NCBI RefSeq assembly: GCF_006345805.1
Contig: NC_042998.1
Span: 56,172,001 to 56,236,000 of the forward strand
Origin: Octopus sinensis
Lineage: Eukaryota
Direction: 5' to 3'
Length of the DNA stretch: 64,000 nucleotides
Translations under genes and position numbers: made by a program
Notes under the pieces: generated by a model
The model's database searches: none
Told to the model about the DNA's origin: nothing
The model's input: the letters and a program-made list of their open reading frames with translations, nothing else
Shown: in pieces, positions 37,561 through 51,531 of the stretch
Layout: each line of letters starts with the position of its first letter
Position numbering within the stretch: position 1 is the first letter of the stretch

Positions 37561-38389
37561 TGTATGTGTGTGTGTGTGTGGTGTGTGTGTGTGTGTGTTC
37601 TCCATTTCAGTGCTAATTTAGGTAGTCAAGCATTGGGGCGTCGCTTTGGTGTAGTGGTTAGGACAGAAATATTGTTTACAGCAGACGCGGCGTTCAAATA
37701 CAGCTGACGTTGTTACAGCTTGTATCCACCATTTTCATCTGTTGTATGTATGTATGTATGTATGTATGTATGTATGTATGTATGTATGTATGTATGTATG
37801 TATGTATGTATGTATGTTGTGTGTATGTATGTATGTATGTATGTGTGTATGTATGTATGTATGTGTGTATGTATGTATGTATGTATGTGTGTGTGTATGT
37901 ATGTATGTATGTATGTGTGCATGCGTGCGTGTGTGTGTGTGTGTATGTATGTATGCACACACACATATATTTATTCATTTATTGTCGTGAATGAAGGGAA
38001 TGGATTGCATAATGTGCCACCACGACTATGAAGAGAGGGAGGCGTGTATGTAGCAGTGAGATTGAATTTCGTTATGGAGGGTCAATTGGTGACCTTGACG
38101 AGAGTGGGCACTAATATCTTGGCATTTTGGAGCTGGACAAAATCCTAAATGAAAGGAAGTCTATCTGAACAGGTTAGAGCTGCTACTGAAAATGAAATCG
38201 AACAGGATTCTGAACTGAACCAAAGAAGAGATAGAGAATTTGGATAGGTTAACGCGAAAATCAATGGTGCATTGCACTCAGAGGCAAACGTTGTAAGACT
38301 ATAAACAACATGGAGTAGGACGAGGGCTCGTAAGTGTGAAAGGTTGTGTGGCTAGTTAATGCAGGTCTTCAGATTTGTATTTGGTCAGT

Positions 38390-39255
38390 AGTTGAAATGA
38401 ATTTTTAAGACATGTTGTCAAAAGCAGAATCTTATGCATTGAAACCGTTGAATGTAAAGAAAAACAGGCCGCGAGCACGTGGCGAGGGTATGGAATTACA
38501 TGGTCAATTCGAAAGACAGACGAAGGAAATAAAAGCAGAACCTTCATGGAATTGGTTGACAAAATGTCATCTTCAGAGAGAGACAGGAAGTTTGATGAAG
38601 GCTATTTAGGATCAAGCACTAAACACGAGTTCTATAAGAAATATGAAACAAATAAGTGTAGGTTATGTGGGAACAAGGTGGTAAGTTTGATACATATTGT
38701 GAGTGCCTGTAACATGTTTGTGCCGAGAAAATATAAAAGGCGTCATGATAAAGTGTGCTTGAAACTCCTTTGGCTTTTATGCAAAAACTATGGGTTTCAA
38801 ACCACTGAGAATGGTATCAACACAAACCAGAGAAAGTCCTTGAAAATCAGACTGTAAAACTCTTTTAGAACTTTACAATCCGAGAGAGAGAGAGAGAGAG
38901 AGAGGGAGGGAGAGAGGGGAGAGAGAGAGAGGGAGGGAGAGAGGGGAGAGAGAGGGAGGGAGAGAGGGGAGAGAGAGAGAGAGTCCTTGAACATACGAAG
39001 CCATAACTTTGGTGGAGGAAGTTACTGTAACGAGGTGTTTGTCGATCGATGTGACTCGCCCGTGAGATCAGTACATCAACGATAAAGAAAACGAGAAAAT
39101 TGTAGAATATGAAAAAATAAGAACAGATGTCGAAAGAATGAGGAATATGAAAGAGTGGGACAATTACAATTGGAGTACTTTGGCCAGTGACAAAAAGCCT
39201 TCAGACACATCTCGAGACAATTGGAAACTGTCCCTGCATTAAGCATTGCAAAAGG
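38390..39255 (+). mobile_element. RLE-type (R4/Dong-like) LINE 3' fragment
   Basis: LHGQFERQT..WNWLTK.HLQRETGS, KCRLCGNKVVSLIHIVSAC..YKRRHDKVC (zinc knuckle and RHD motif). Confidence 0.85.
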
Positions 39256-40026
39256 CAATAACAGGTACCGAATTTATCGACCCCGAAAGGATGAAGGTAA
39301 AGTCGACCTCAGTGGAATTTGAACTCAGAACGTAAAGACAGGCGAAATACTACTAAGCATCTCGTCCGGCGTGCTAACATTTCTGCCAGCTCGCCGCTTT
39401 ACGAAGACTAAGTATTAAAGATAAAGATTGTAATATCAATAATATGGAGGAGGAGGAGGAAGAGGTCGACGACAACGGCACTGATGGTAATGATGATGAT
39501 AATAATAACGACGATAATGATGATGACGATGGCAATGACGACGACGATGACGACAGCGATGATGTTTAGAAATAAGTCAGACTCACAGACCAAACTTACT
39601 TCGAAAGATATTCCAGTGGTGACCATCCCGTCTACTTGTTTTGGGCCAGATGTATCTGGGACAACATTATCCAATCACACGACTGAGAAATATGTGATTT
39701 GAGAGAATTGGCAGGGCGAGTGAACGCGTAGAGGTTCGGTAGTTTATTTTATAGACTCCAGAAGAATGGAAAGCAAAGTTGTCCTCAGTGGGATTTGAAC
39801 CCAGAACATACAGCGTTGGAACCAAACATCGCAAGTCAAATTTTACGACACTCTAATGCAGGGGTTGGCGAACCGGAGTAAAAATGAAATTCTTGGGGGT
39901 AATGAGGACTCATTAGACACAAGTAAAATTACATAAAAACGTGTTCCTTGTTACGACAGAAATTCTTCTTCCGGCAACACTGCATCTGTCCAATGTAATG
40001 GATGTATAAGTAGATACATATAAATA

Positions 40027-40588
40027 TTGGGTTGTTCGGAAAGTTTGTGCCGAATTTTAAAGGAAAGAAAAAGGTCAATAAATACTTGCCATTACATTTT
40101 TAATCAACCAAATATGAACCATTTTGTTGCACAATGCGTCTCCATCTTTCCTTTAACTTGAAAATACCCTCTTCCCAGAATTGAGGTGGTTTCATGGCAA
40201 AGAATTCATCAAGGTATCTTTTTACGTCATCCAAGGAATTGAAATTTTTACCATTAAGACTATTTTGCAGAGACCTGTGGAAATCCGAAGAAGCAATATC
40301 TGGTGAATATGGAGAGTGGGGTAACACATCCCAGCCGAGCTGCAGCAATTTTTGCCTGGTTCCCAAAGCATCAAGTGCCGAAAATGAACTTTCTTATCTT
40401 CCATTTTAAAGGGTTACAAAATTAACGCAGAGGTTATAGGGACCTAAACCTCCTTCCACGAAAAGATAGCTTAAACTGTGCTCTAAATGGAGGTGTAGTC
40501 AAACCCTATTTTATGGACCCATCCATGTTCTAAAATAAGTCGAAAAGTAAGCTACTATAAATCGGCACGAACTTTCCGAACAACCCAA
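40027..40588 (-). mobile_element. Internally deleted mariner element with intact TIRs
   Basis: TIRs ttgggttgttcggaaagtttgtgccga / tcggcacgaactttccgaacaacccaa, TA on both sides; C-terminal LPHSPYSPDIASSDF. Confidence 0.95.
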
Positions 40589-41391
40589 TAGATTCAATAA
40601 AATAGATTCAATAAACCTTTTGAATTCAAAGAATCTATGATTTTCTTCCTTTCAAATCAAGGGGGTAACATCAGCGTAAATAAATACATTTCTGTCAACC
40701 CACTTAGTGTGAAGGAGGAATGACCTTGTAGTTACAGTGTTTGACTGATGATGATGATGCCATAGGTTTATTTACTGGACTGGGTGGGTACAGCACTGTT
40801 TCCTTGAACAAGGTACTTTATTGCTCCAGTCTACGCAGATGTTCGTCGTCGGGTTGCTGCAGCAACAATCGTTTCCTTCAGTTGTTACATTCAGGGTGTT
40901 TCACTGGGTGAAAAGTATTTGGATCGAGAGAGTTTTCTCTGTTTGCTCATGATTACAGAGGCACTTGAAACGGTTAGCAAAAACGTAGTACATGTACCCA
41001 TGCCATGCTCGCTCTCTCGCAAGCATAGCTTGGAAATTAAAACAGTGTTTTTTTTTTGCTGGTGATCCACCTCAAATCAGCCCTGATCGAGCAAAGTTAT
41101 GAACAAAGGCTTTCCAACCTTGACTACCGCACCGATTTTCAGGTATAATATAGGGAGAGCTAATTACTATTATGTAGGTTGTTATGTACGTATATGTCTG
41201 TATAGAGGCATTTATATATATGCGCTATCATTTTTATGCAAATGTAAACGTTTGTGAAAGTACTTACATTAAAAACAAATTCTGTTTTCTATTTACCGTT
41301 CTCTATTTTATAGTTTCCTGAGTCGTCTTCTGTAATTATCGGTGAATAACACACACACACACACACACATGTATGTATATATAAATAAATA

Positions 41392-41436
<45 letters not shown>

Positions 41437-42047
41437 ATAATATATATATATATAATATATATATATACACATATGTCTGTCTATATATGTATGTATGTAT
41501 GTATTTATCTATCTATCTATCTACTTGTATGTATATATTGTGTACGTTAGCTATCAAAACTACTGCTCTGCTACTCCGTATATTTTGGCAATTTTATATT
41601 CTCAGCATTAATTATACGTTTCCTCTACAAAACTAACCTTAAAAAAAACAAAACAAACAAAATTATTTGCTTAATGACGTTAGATTCATCAATCTTGTTT
41701 CATTCAGCAAACATTTTTTTTATTGTGGTGATGGGGTGTTTTTATGGTCAGATATTTCTCTTCTGTACAACAATGGTACGCTACATTAAATTGTAAATGA
41801 TTTGGCATCGGTAGTATGTTCAGTGGAAGAATATATTTCTTGTAAAAAGCACAAACGCGCACACAGAAAACACACACACAGAAAATTTATTGATGGAACT
41901 TATCAACAATAGTGGTAATGAAATCTGATGTATATGCAATAATATGCACGCAATATGTATGTGAAATTCGGATATTAATGTAAATGCAAATAAAAATTTA
42001 CCAACAGCTATTGTCCCCACTTCATTTTATTTATTGTTTGTGTATAG

Positions 42048-43860
42048 GAACTTGGTGCAAATTTTGTCCTGTTTTTTGAAAAAAAAAGTAAGTGAATATC
42101 GATGCCAGTGACCATCTTCATTTTAAAAACGGTCAATTCTATCATGAAAACTTTGTGTGCGCACATATTTTTCCTTTGTGCGTGACTGATAAAGCATTTG
42201 AGCGCACGCACAAGTGCACGGTTGAGAGGTAACATTGTCAATAGCAAAAGAAATGATAGAAAAATAGCTATTATTATTAACAATTGCTTCTAAGTGCAAA
42301 TCCCGTGGAGATCGACTTTGCTTTTCAGCCTGTCGGAGTCGACAAAATAATAACTACCTGGACACTGGGGTCGATGAAATCTACTCATTTCTCACTTAAA
42401 ATTGCTGGTTTTGTGCCAAGATTTGAAGCTATTATTGACAGTACAGGTTGTGGTGGTATTGTAATACAGTAGGTAGAGTGTCGCTGTCCATTATTATTGT
42501 TGCTGCTGTTCGAATGGTGTGATTAAGAAATGATATAGCGCCGGACAAAATACTTTGATTGGAAGCGTGCCAAATACGAGAGCATTCTGCAGGATTGCAG
42601 AGAGAAAGGACGACAGTCATGGCTTTTCTCAGTCGAGGTCAGTTGTAGCGGATTCCCTGTCCAGTTGGTATAGAAAATGCTTACAGCCATTAAAATAAGG
42701 GGAAAAAAGTAAAGGGTGGGTGTGCGCAGGATGAGAGCAGCAACCGAAAGAGACTCTTGCTGGTTATAGAGAAAGAGAAGTTAAGCTGGAAGAAATGATG
42801 AGTAGAAATTTGGCCACTTTTGCTGCTCCACCAACGGGAGTGTTTTACGGTTCAGGGTCGAAACACCTGATGATCGTTGGATATCACCTGATGACGTCAG
42901 TTCCTCCTAGCCAAAGCTCCATTCACTTTGGCGAATGGAAAAGAAGGTATTACCAATAAAATATAAGAAGGTGTTATCTGAAAAATATAAGAAACGATAT
43001 AGCGCCGACCAAAATACTTTGCCGCATTTAGTGACATCGTTTTACTTTTTGAGGAGAGATTCTCTAAGATGCACATTAGCTTCCATTCTTTAGGACCGAA
43101 AACAAATGTACAAGTCATGTGTTAAAATAAATAGGTTACGTCTGTCTCCTAAATTTTTTCCATCTATTTACAGAAAAAATAGTCTAGATTTGACAAGATT
43201 TCAGATTTGATTAAGCGTTTTCAAAAATCACATTAAAATATTTGAAATAAGTATGAATTTCAATTCAAACAGATCGAGGATCATTCGGAATGGACCGAAA
43301 TGGGACATTGCTACAAAATACTAGTAATAAAGAGAATGCGAAACACAAATTCCATGATGAAATTGCAGAGAGTAAAGAAATATTTAATTCCCCAAAGAAA
43401 TTCATAGTTAAATCCGACTTACTATCTTTAGATTCTGTTCTAAATATTTCAGGTAAAATATTTGGCTATTTTAAAAATGTGATTACTGAATTTAGTAGCT
43501 TATATCCGAAAGTATTTTGATGATGTGAACGAATAAGCACTTTTAGCAGTCACGCACTCAGGCGTTTTATGCAGTTAAACTAAAATCTTACGATAATTTC
43601 TTTCATTCAAAGACATATACAACAATGAGGTAATTAACACTAGTAATAAGGCAATTTCAAGTAACGAGCAACAGTTCATAAAATATGTACTTAAATTCTT
43701 AGTTGTTAGTGACTTATTAATGACCACCCAAAGCAAAAAAGACCTAAAGCTAAAATCAGAAAACAACAAAAGCAAATGTCGTATTCCATTTACCCTAATC
43801 TCTGCTCATAGTAATACATTTTTCAAGCCAAACGATCTTCTAATTGATTCATGTGCATGA
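42048..43860 (+). CDS. Candidate spliced coding region: exons 42048-42087, 43273-43452, 43575-43629, 43812-43860
   Basis: All AG/GT-bounded with compatible phases, giving ELGANFVLFFEKKNRGSFGMDRNG...LNISVKLKSYDNFFHSKTYTTMSNTFFKPNDLLIDSCA*; AATAAA at 43947-43952; product not recognised. Confidence 0.4.
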
Positions 43861-44059
43861 AGTGCCTTCTTTCTAATATACGCGATTATAAATTACCTTC
43901 ACTAACTTTCTCCGCAATTGAAAAGCTCTTGACTGAAGTATATTATAATAAACTAACAGATAATTTCGCAAGAATGAATCTTAGATGAAAGAGGCTGCTG
44001 CTACCTACATCTTATATTACTTCTTTTTTTTTTTTCATTTTACGTTTTGTCTTATCTTA

Positions 44060-44179
44060 GACGCAGGCGTGGATGTGTACTAAGAAGTGTAGGTTCAGTT
44101 CCATTGCGTGATACCTTGGGCAAGTGTCTTCTGTTATCGCCTCGGGCTATTTGATTGATGGAAACTGAGTGAAGCCTGT

Positions 44180-44266
<87 letters not shown>

Positions 44267-44500
44267 GTATATATGTATGTGTGTGTTTGTCTTCGTGTCT
44301 TGTGTCTGTGTTTGTCCCCACCACTGCTTGAAAACTGGTGTTTACATCCCCGTAACTTAATGGTTCGGGAACAGAGGCCGTCAGAATAAGTACTAGGCTT
44401 AATAAAAATAGTGGGGTCGACTAATCCGACTAAAATTCTTCAAAGTGGTGCACCAGCATGGCCGCATCCAACTGAATGAAACAAGTAAAAGATAAAAGAT
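44060..44500 (+). mobile_element. SINE family A (decayed head)
   Basis: Same body and tail gcatggccgca..tgaaacaagtaaaagataaaag. Confidence 0.8.
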
Positions 44501-46315
44501 GACAGTGTAAAATGAAAATCCATTAAGAACACTTTATAAAAAATTACTTTGTTTCTAATTATGAAACAGTAATTATGTATTACCCTTAAATCCGTGTCTT
44601 GTATTTTGGTTTTAAGTACAAAATGAAAAAATTTATAGAATGAACTTAAAATTAGTTGGCTGGTGTCCTGGCTGTTACTGCTATTGTTGTACATTAAAAC
44701 AAGTGTAAAAGTTCGCATTCACCACCACACCTAGTTGGGACCACCAGATGTGCTAAGCGATGGAACCAAAGAGAAAAGCATTAATAGTCCTAAGAAAATA
44801 TTTATATCTTAAGAATAGAAAAAAAAACAAGAAAATCAATGCTTGTAAAATATTGTTTCGATTTCATAAAATAAATAACATTGTATTCACGTGGAACTAA
44901 AGAATTACAAATTATACAAATAGATTTACTTAACTGGCCGAACAGGAATCAAGAGAGTCAATTTAGTTGCTTGATAAGAAACATAGTCTCAGATAAAATG
45001 AAAAGTAAATAATTATTTCTCAAAACACTGCTGTGTAAATATTTTTTCTTAATGATTTCTATTGTATTTTCTTTGAATAAAATTTGAATTTACATTCCCG
45101 AGGACAAGATTTAACGACTTGTAATAGTTTTTACTCCGAAAATTGTTATGGATTAAAACTCAAGTTGTGAGACAGAATCACTAACTGGACGAGTGCAATC
45201 TCGATCTACTTTTCCATCAGTCAAGCCGAACATTACCTGAACCGTTTATAAACCATGTTACTCATTTATAATTAAACTCAAGACAGTCTAAAGAAACTCG
45301 AGATGGCGATAGTCAAGTTGTTGTTGTTTAGTCCTAAATCAGCAATGATCGAGTCCTGAACGAAGAGGCATTAGCTCTTCATTGACGATAAAAAAACCTC
45401 GTGGCATCGATTATTATTTGGAACTAAAGATAATGGTGATAACAGCTGAAGGGCTCACATAATACTAACTTTGATGAAACCGTACGCTTTTGGGAGCCAA
45501 GTTCATTGAATCCTTGTTTTTGCTGGACACATTTGATCATACCGCACTCAGTGGTTTACCTAACCGCAAGAGTAATCCTTTATGTGGTTATTTGGCTTCC
45601 ACAAATAGCAGTCAAATCGCCCTTCCACAAATAGCAGTCAAATATTCTGCTGTCTTAGAAAACAACTTACTTAAGATTAGAAAAAAAAACAACAACAAAA
45701 TCCAAGGAAATCAATGCTTGTAAAATATGGTTTTGATTTCATAAAATAAACAACATTGTATTCACGTATGTATAATATATACCTTGGTATATTATACATA
45801 AAAAAAGAACTGGATTGTTGCAGCTGAAATTTCTTTGATCGTATTTCCGCTCGATTAGGGATAATTTGGGGGCTAATTATCACCATCAACAACAACATCA
45901 ACAAAGTTATATAAGAACTGAAGCACCACAAACATTGTTTGGAGTAAAAAAAAGTAGCAAATAAAGGGCCTCGATAATTGAAATCGTTTCAAAGCCAGGT
46001 TCTTTTTTCCACCAACAGCGCGTATGAAAGATGGATCAAGAAAAAAAACAAAAAAATTACGGAGAATCAAGGAAGGGGTAAGTCGTAACATATACACACA
46101 TTAAACTCAAAGACAAGCACATACTCTTTTAGGTGCCTTTGACGGAGTCCACTCGGCTAGTGTTCGGACCAAGCTTACGGTTTGAGAATAGCTTTCTTCC
46201 TCACACTAGTCTCGGAAATCTTGAAAAAGGTCATGGACACAGTTTTTTCTCCTGCCTAGAATATACATACATACATATACATATATATATAAATATATAT
46301 GCACAAACACATACA

Positions 46316-47167
46316 CGTGGTCTGATCAATAAGTATCCGGAATGTTGCCATAGTAACGAAGCTAAACCATGGAAAGTGAAACCGCTTGGCACAGATTGAC
46401 CTTGAGTTCTGCTGTGCGTGTGCACTAGGATTTATTGTACTAGCTCAGTTCTGTTGTTTACAGCAGTGCTTTGAACATGACAGAGAAAGCTGAGCAGAGA
46501 TCTGCATCAAATTTTGCCAAAAACTTGCCGATATCTGCTCAGAGGCCTACACAAAGTTTCCAAAAAGCTTTCATCGTTCTCGAGATAATCAAGGAGATCT
46601 TGTGCAACTGAAACCCGAGTGTCCTTTTGCTCAGCTGAAAGCAGTTTTGGCACAAACTTGGCAGACACGCTTCTCATATCCAAATCTTCAGTGATAATGG
46701 ACTGAACTGAACCGTAACTAATCTTCACAGCCTCTGATAACTCAGAGATGGTAATTCGACGGTTTCTCCTCACAGCTGCACGCACATCTGCGATGTTTTT
46801 CTCAGTTCTGTTGGTTGCGGGTCTCCCAGACATATCGACATTTTTTCGGCCATCTTGGAAACGTCTGAACCTCTCGTACGCTTGTGTACAGCTCATACAC
46901 ACCTCCCCACACACTTTCTGCAATTTTGTGTAGACCTCTGAGCAGGTTTCGCTATGACAAATGTCTCTGTCATGGTCAATGCGACGATCACACGCTACAC
47001 ACCTTCCTTCCAAGCATTGCTGCAAAAAGCGGAAGTGAGCTAGAATGTTAAAACCTAGTGCGCAGGCACAGCACAGTTCAAGGTCAATCTTCGCCCAGCG
47101 GATTTCCTGTGCGTGCTTTAACTTCGATATTATGGCAACAGCCCGGATACTTATTGATCAGACCTCA
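46316..47167. mobile_element. Mariner composite of two inward-facing 5' ends
   Basis: TIRs (c)gtggtctgatcaataagtatccgg / ccggatacttattgatcagacctca; transposase N-terminus on + (MTEKAEQR/ICIKFCQKL) and on - (..SGRP..ITISEL..SAKFVPKLL). Confidence 0.85.
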
Positions 47168-47252
47168 TACATACATATGCATATATGTATGTATGTGTGT
47201 GCTCGCACACACACACATGTACACACACACACACCACACACACACACACACA

Positions 47253-47297
<45 letters not shown>

Positions 47298-47867
47298 CAT
47301 ACGTATACATATATAAGTTTTAATAGATAATAAGTCTGTCTGCGATATTGGAGGATTAAAGTTTCATAGACACGTTATTTTCTTGGTCTTTGATATAATA
47401 GAACTTTGCATGTATATATATATATATATATATAATTGCATCCGGTGGTGAGGCTCTAGTTCAGGAGTTCAGGAGTGGTAGGAAGCATGGAGTTAATTAC
47501 CATTACTCCCAGGTCAGTTCCATCCTGCGGTGGTAGTGCCTGTGAAGGTCCCAAATGGGTTAAAAGAATTTCCCACGGGTAGAGGAGGTTCGTGTTATTT
47601 TCGACAAAGCCACTGTGAAGATCGCTCTTCTAGGAGAGAGATACTCTGACGTAAAACCTACTGTCAAAATACTACCAGTCATCTTGCAATTACTATGGCG
47701 ACCGAGAGAGTGGTAAGAGTATTGTACAAGCTTCTCTAACTTGAATTTATTAATGCACAGATGTCTCGATATCATGATGTGACACGGATATCATTTGACA
47801 CGATGAAGGAATCATCATATATATATATGCGTGTGTGTGATGTATATATATATATGTATATGTGTTG

Positions 47868-47907
<40 letters not shown>

Positions 47908-48478
47908 TAAATAGATAGAGAGGGAAATACAGAGAAAGCATTTACCTGAATATTTTATGAATATAAACGCATTTAAATGTAAAAGAAAAATTTTCATGCT
48001 AACATGAAGCACTTATATCTAATCATTTTATGTTTATGTTATCTTGGCAACTATTCAGAAACATTATAGTATTATACATTTCAATGTTAAAATTATTAGT
48101 CTGAGAGAGATAAAATATTCAAGCTTTTCAAAAGATTACCAATATTTACGATACAATTAATGTTCAAGGATCTACTAACTATTTATAAAATATTTTATTT
48201 CATAGCATCAGCCAAAAGATTTAACAGCTAAAGATATTTAAATACAATTTTCTCTATTTTTCTCTGTTCTTTCTTTCATTTTATTAAACTTAATCAGAAT
48301 TTTTTTTTAGTTTTTAGCTTGTAGTCATTCACAGTGGTTTAAATTCATATTTTAAGCGTCGATATTAGTTTGCTTATTTCAATATATTTTTCCCAAAATT
48401 CTCACACAAATCCGAATCCACTCTAGAACAAGAGCACTCAGAGAGCGCAAATCTCCACTAAAGCAACACCAACGTCCT

Positions 48479-51400
48479 CAATTTTTTTATTACTCGCAAG
48501 GGGCCAAACATAGTTGGGACATTACAAAACAATACAGGACACGTAATCAGGGAAATAAAAATACAGAAAGAAATCGAGTGTAGAAGAAAAAATAAAAATA
48601 ACGAATGAAATATGAAAATGATAAAATGGGGTGCAATACCCACCCGACCCCCGAAGTCAAGTGGTTACATTTAGACGTTATTTTCTGAACCGTTTTGGAT
48701 CTTTTCGGTTTGAAAGGCAGTTTTTAACATAATTTCTAGGTAACTAAAAAATTTTAAACTTCGTATACTGGTAGAATGTGTTTATAAAACATCTTTTTCT
48801 CTTGGCTTTATTGAGAAAACTCTATAGTTTGTAAGATATTTGTTGTTTTTTTCTTCAATTACTGCAATTTCAACCAATCAGATACGTCCATTGCGGTAAA
48901 AAAACATTCTGTGCCGTATGAATATGTCCCTCGTTTAAAAAACAGATTGGGTTTATTTACATTTGTGAAGGATACCCTTCTCCCCACCCCTAACCCTAAC
49001 CCTAACTAACCCCAACTAACCCTAACCCTTAAACATATTGAAATGCAATAGCTCGATACTAGGGTCATAATTATAGGTGACAATTTCATATGACACCGCT
49101 AGAAAAAACTGCCGTTCAAACCGAAAAGATCCACAATTTTTTTTCCTTTTAAAAGTTCACATCTTCATTTTTAAATGTTCATATTTTTGCAATATTTTAA
49201 AACTTTCCAAGTCTTTACGTTGAATTATGGGTGGTAGGGTATCAAACCCCACCGGCCCGCCAATTGTAATTAAAAACTTTCCATATGTTTTTACAAACAT
49301 ATTGTATCTATCTTCGTTCAACAATACACACTTTTGTCCATCCGTGAAATCCTCCCTGAGCAGCTTCACCCTTATTAAACCCGTCCACTTGGAAATCCTC
49401 TCTTTCACGTCCACATTCGTACCGTAGTAAACTACAAATGCCTTATTTTAAAAAACCTGTTGTTCAGTCCTTTCTACTGATTCCTGCTCCTTTGATTCTG
49501 TTTCAATCGTCTGCTTGTGTTTAAATATAGACGGTTCCTTACCTTCTTTGGGTATCTTATCTGATTCTGTTGCTGGTCTTTCAGAGTTTTCCTTTGTTGT
49601 CACCTTTTCCTTTTTGAGGGCTGACAAACCCGTCACTCCCCTCACTTGTCACTTTTGTTCTGTCTTTCTTTGGACTCCACCTCTTCCGTATCCCTGGTGC
49701 ACTGCATATAATTTTTGATGTCTCCGTCCGCAAATGTCAAAAATAATTAAATACAAGGAAGACCTTCAATACTGGGAGAAAAAAATGGACACAAGTGAGG
49801 TACTAAAGTATATAGATTATATTGAACTCCGAAATGTTTACAATATTGACATTTTACAGAAAGACAGTACGGGATCGAATTAAGGTATAAATGAAGTCCC
49901 TCGGAGATGGGGCCGAAAAGCTTCATTTCATTTTTTATTTTTCATTTACATCTCATCTTTCTGTGGCCTCTGGAAGGTAATAAAGAATCAATGTTGTTCA
50001 TATTTGTTTTTTTTTTCTAATTTTTAACTCTTTATGTTCAATTACGGGTCGTAGGGCATGAAATCACACCGGCCCGTGAAATGAAGTTATATACCTTGTA
50101 TATGATTTTCTGAACGTGTCGTATCTATCGACATTCAATAGTACGCACCCTTCCTCCTCTTTGAAATCCTTCCTGAGTAGCTTCATCCTTACCAATCCCT
50201 TCCACTTGGAAATTCTCCTTTCCACATCTACATTCTTTTGGCAGTAGACCACGTACCTCATTTCTAAAACACTCTCTTCCACCGACTTTCTCTCTCCCGG
50301 CTCCGTCTCCGCTGCCTGCGCATGCCCGAACACAGGCGGCTCCTCACCCTCCTTGGGCGTCCCATCCGGCTCCTTTCGAGCGTTCTCCTGATCTCGCCTC
50401 CTCCCTCTTTGGGGGCTGACAAACCTGTCATTCCCCCTACTCGCCGCCTTTGCTACGTCCTTCCTCGGCCCACCCCGCATCCCTGGCGCACTCCACATCG
50501 CTCCTGCCGTCTCCGTCTTTCACCGCTTCAATCGGCACTCCAATTTTCACCTCCTCCCGGTCTCCCTCCATAGTCCTCCCAATCTGAGGAGGCCCGCGTC
50601 TGGGGCACTGCATCCTTATGCGACCCCCATTCCACATTTGTGACAATCCGGTCGGCGCCCCACAACAATCACCTTGAGGGAACTCTCTCCCGGAACCTCC
50701 ATCAAGCAGGAGATCCCGTCAATGTCCTCGAAAGAGGCAAAAAGCCACATCTCGACGCTGCATCCCCATCAGTTCAACATGCTCGCCCCTCCCACCGGTC
50801 CTAATTCGGGACCCTCCCTGGTGGAAGCCACAACAGCCGTCACCAACTACTCCAGTTCCACTTCTGGTGGCACTCCTCCAATGCGAACACGAACACTTAA
50901 CCCGCTCCACACTGGGCAGTAGTGTCACCCTTTCAGTGCGCAAAACAGTGGTGGAATGTGAGGTCGCCCCCTCCCCGGTGGCACCCCCCCCCCACCATAT
51001 CACACTTCCTTCCTCGGCCAACGAAAGTTGCCGCTCTCGTCAGGGGTCCCAAACACTCTGCCACGCCATTCTCCGACAGTATTCCAACTCTATTGGCGGC
51101 GACCGCCCGCGTGCAGTACGCCATCGGCCCCTCACTTTCCTCCTTGACCGTCTCTTCTAGAGGGACCAGCTTTATTGCGTCTCCCTCTCTTTGCACAAAC
51201 TATTCACATTCCACTACCTCTTCCACATCCACCGCCATCCGCCTCGCGCCCAACGGCACAGCCACCCCCACCTCAGCGGCCCTTGCATAGCCTTCCACAA
51301 CGGAAAACGCACCCTACCCCCACAATGGGGAGAAAACAGCAAAAGACAATCACGAGCAAGTCGATCAACAACAACTTCCACCAATGACACACAACAACTT

Positions 51401-51510
51401 CAACAACGGTGAGTCTCAAAGCGAAAGCCCTCAACATACAACAACAACCCTAAACCGTGGTCAAAAAATGACGAAACTCAGAACTCAAACAAACAAGTTG
51501 TTAGTCGGCG
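48479..51510 (-). mobile_element. ORF1/gag-only retroposon, copy 2 (with tandem partial duplication and nested MITE)
   Basis: 13-bp TSD acaccaacgtcct at 48466-48478 and 51511-51523; decayed frame EGDAIKLVP..RIGGVPPEVELE..KVIVVGRRPDCHKCGM; C-terminal domain present twice (50064-50250, 49157-49414); AATAAAAAAA at the 3' end. Confidence 0.8.
48696..49133. mobile_element. TIR MITE with (CCCTAA)n, copy 2
   Basis: Same TIRs and body as 29862-30274. Confidence 0.9.
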
Positions 51511-51531
51511 ACACCAACGTCCTTTCAATGA

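Noticed and set aside
42860-42905. GAAAC plus two CTGATGA motifs as a hammerhead
   Set aside because: The helices cannot be paired in any of the three topologies
47570-47720. Open frame VEEVRVIFDKATVKIALLGERY... ending near a GTAAGA donor
   Set aside because: No credible acceptor, an in-frame stop just upstream, and adjacent to a decayed repeat
49885-49935. Hairpin aaatgaag..gaaaag cttcattt in the 3' UTR of ORF1-only copy 2 as a ribozyme
   Set aside because: Lacks the CUGANGA core on both strands
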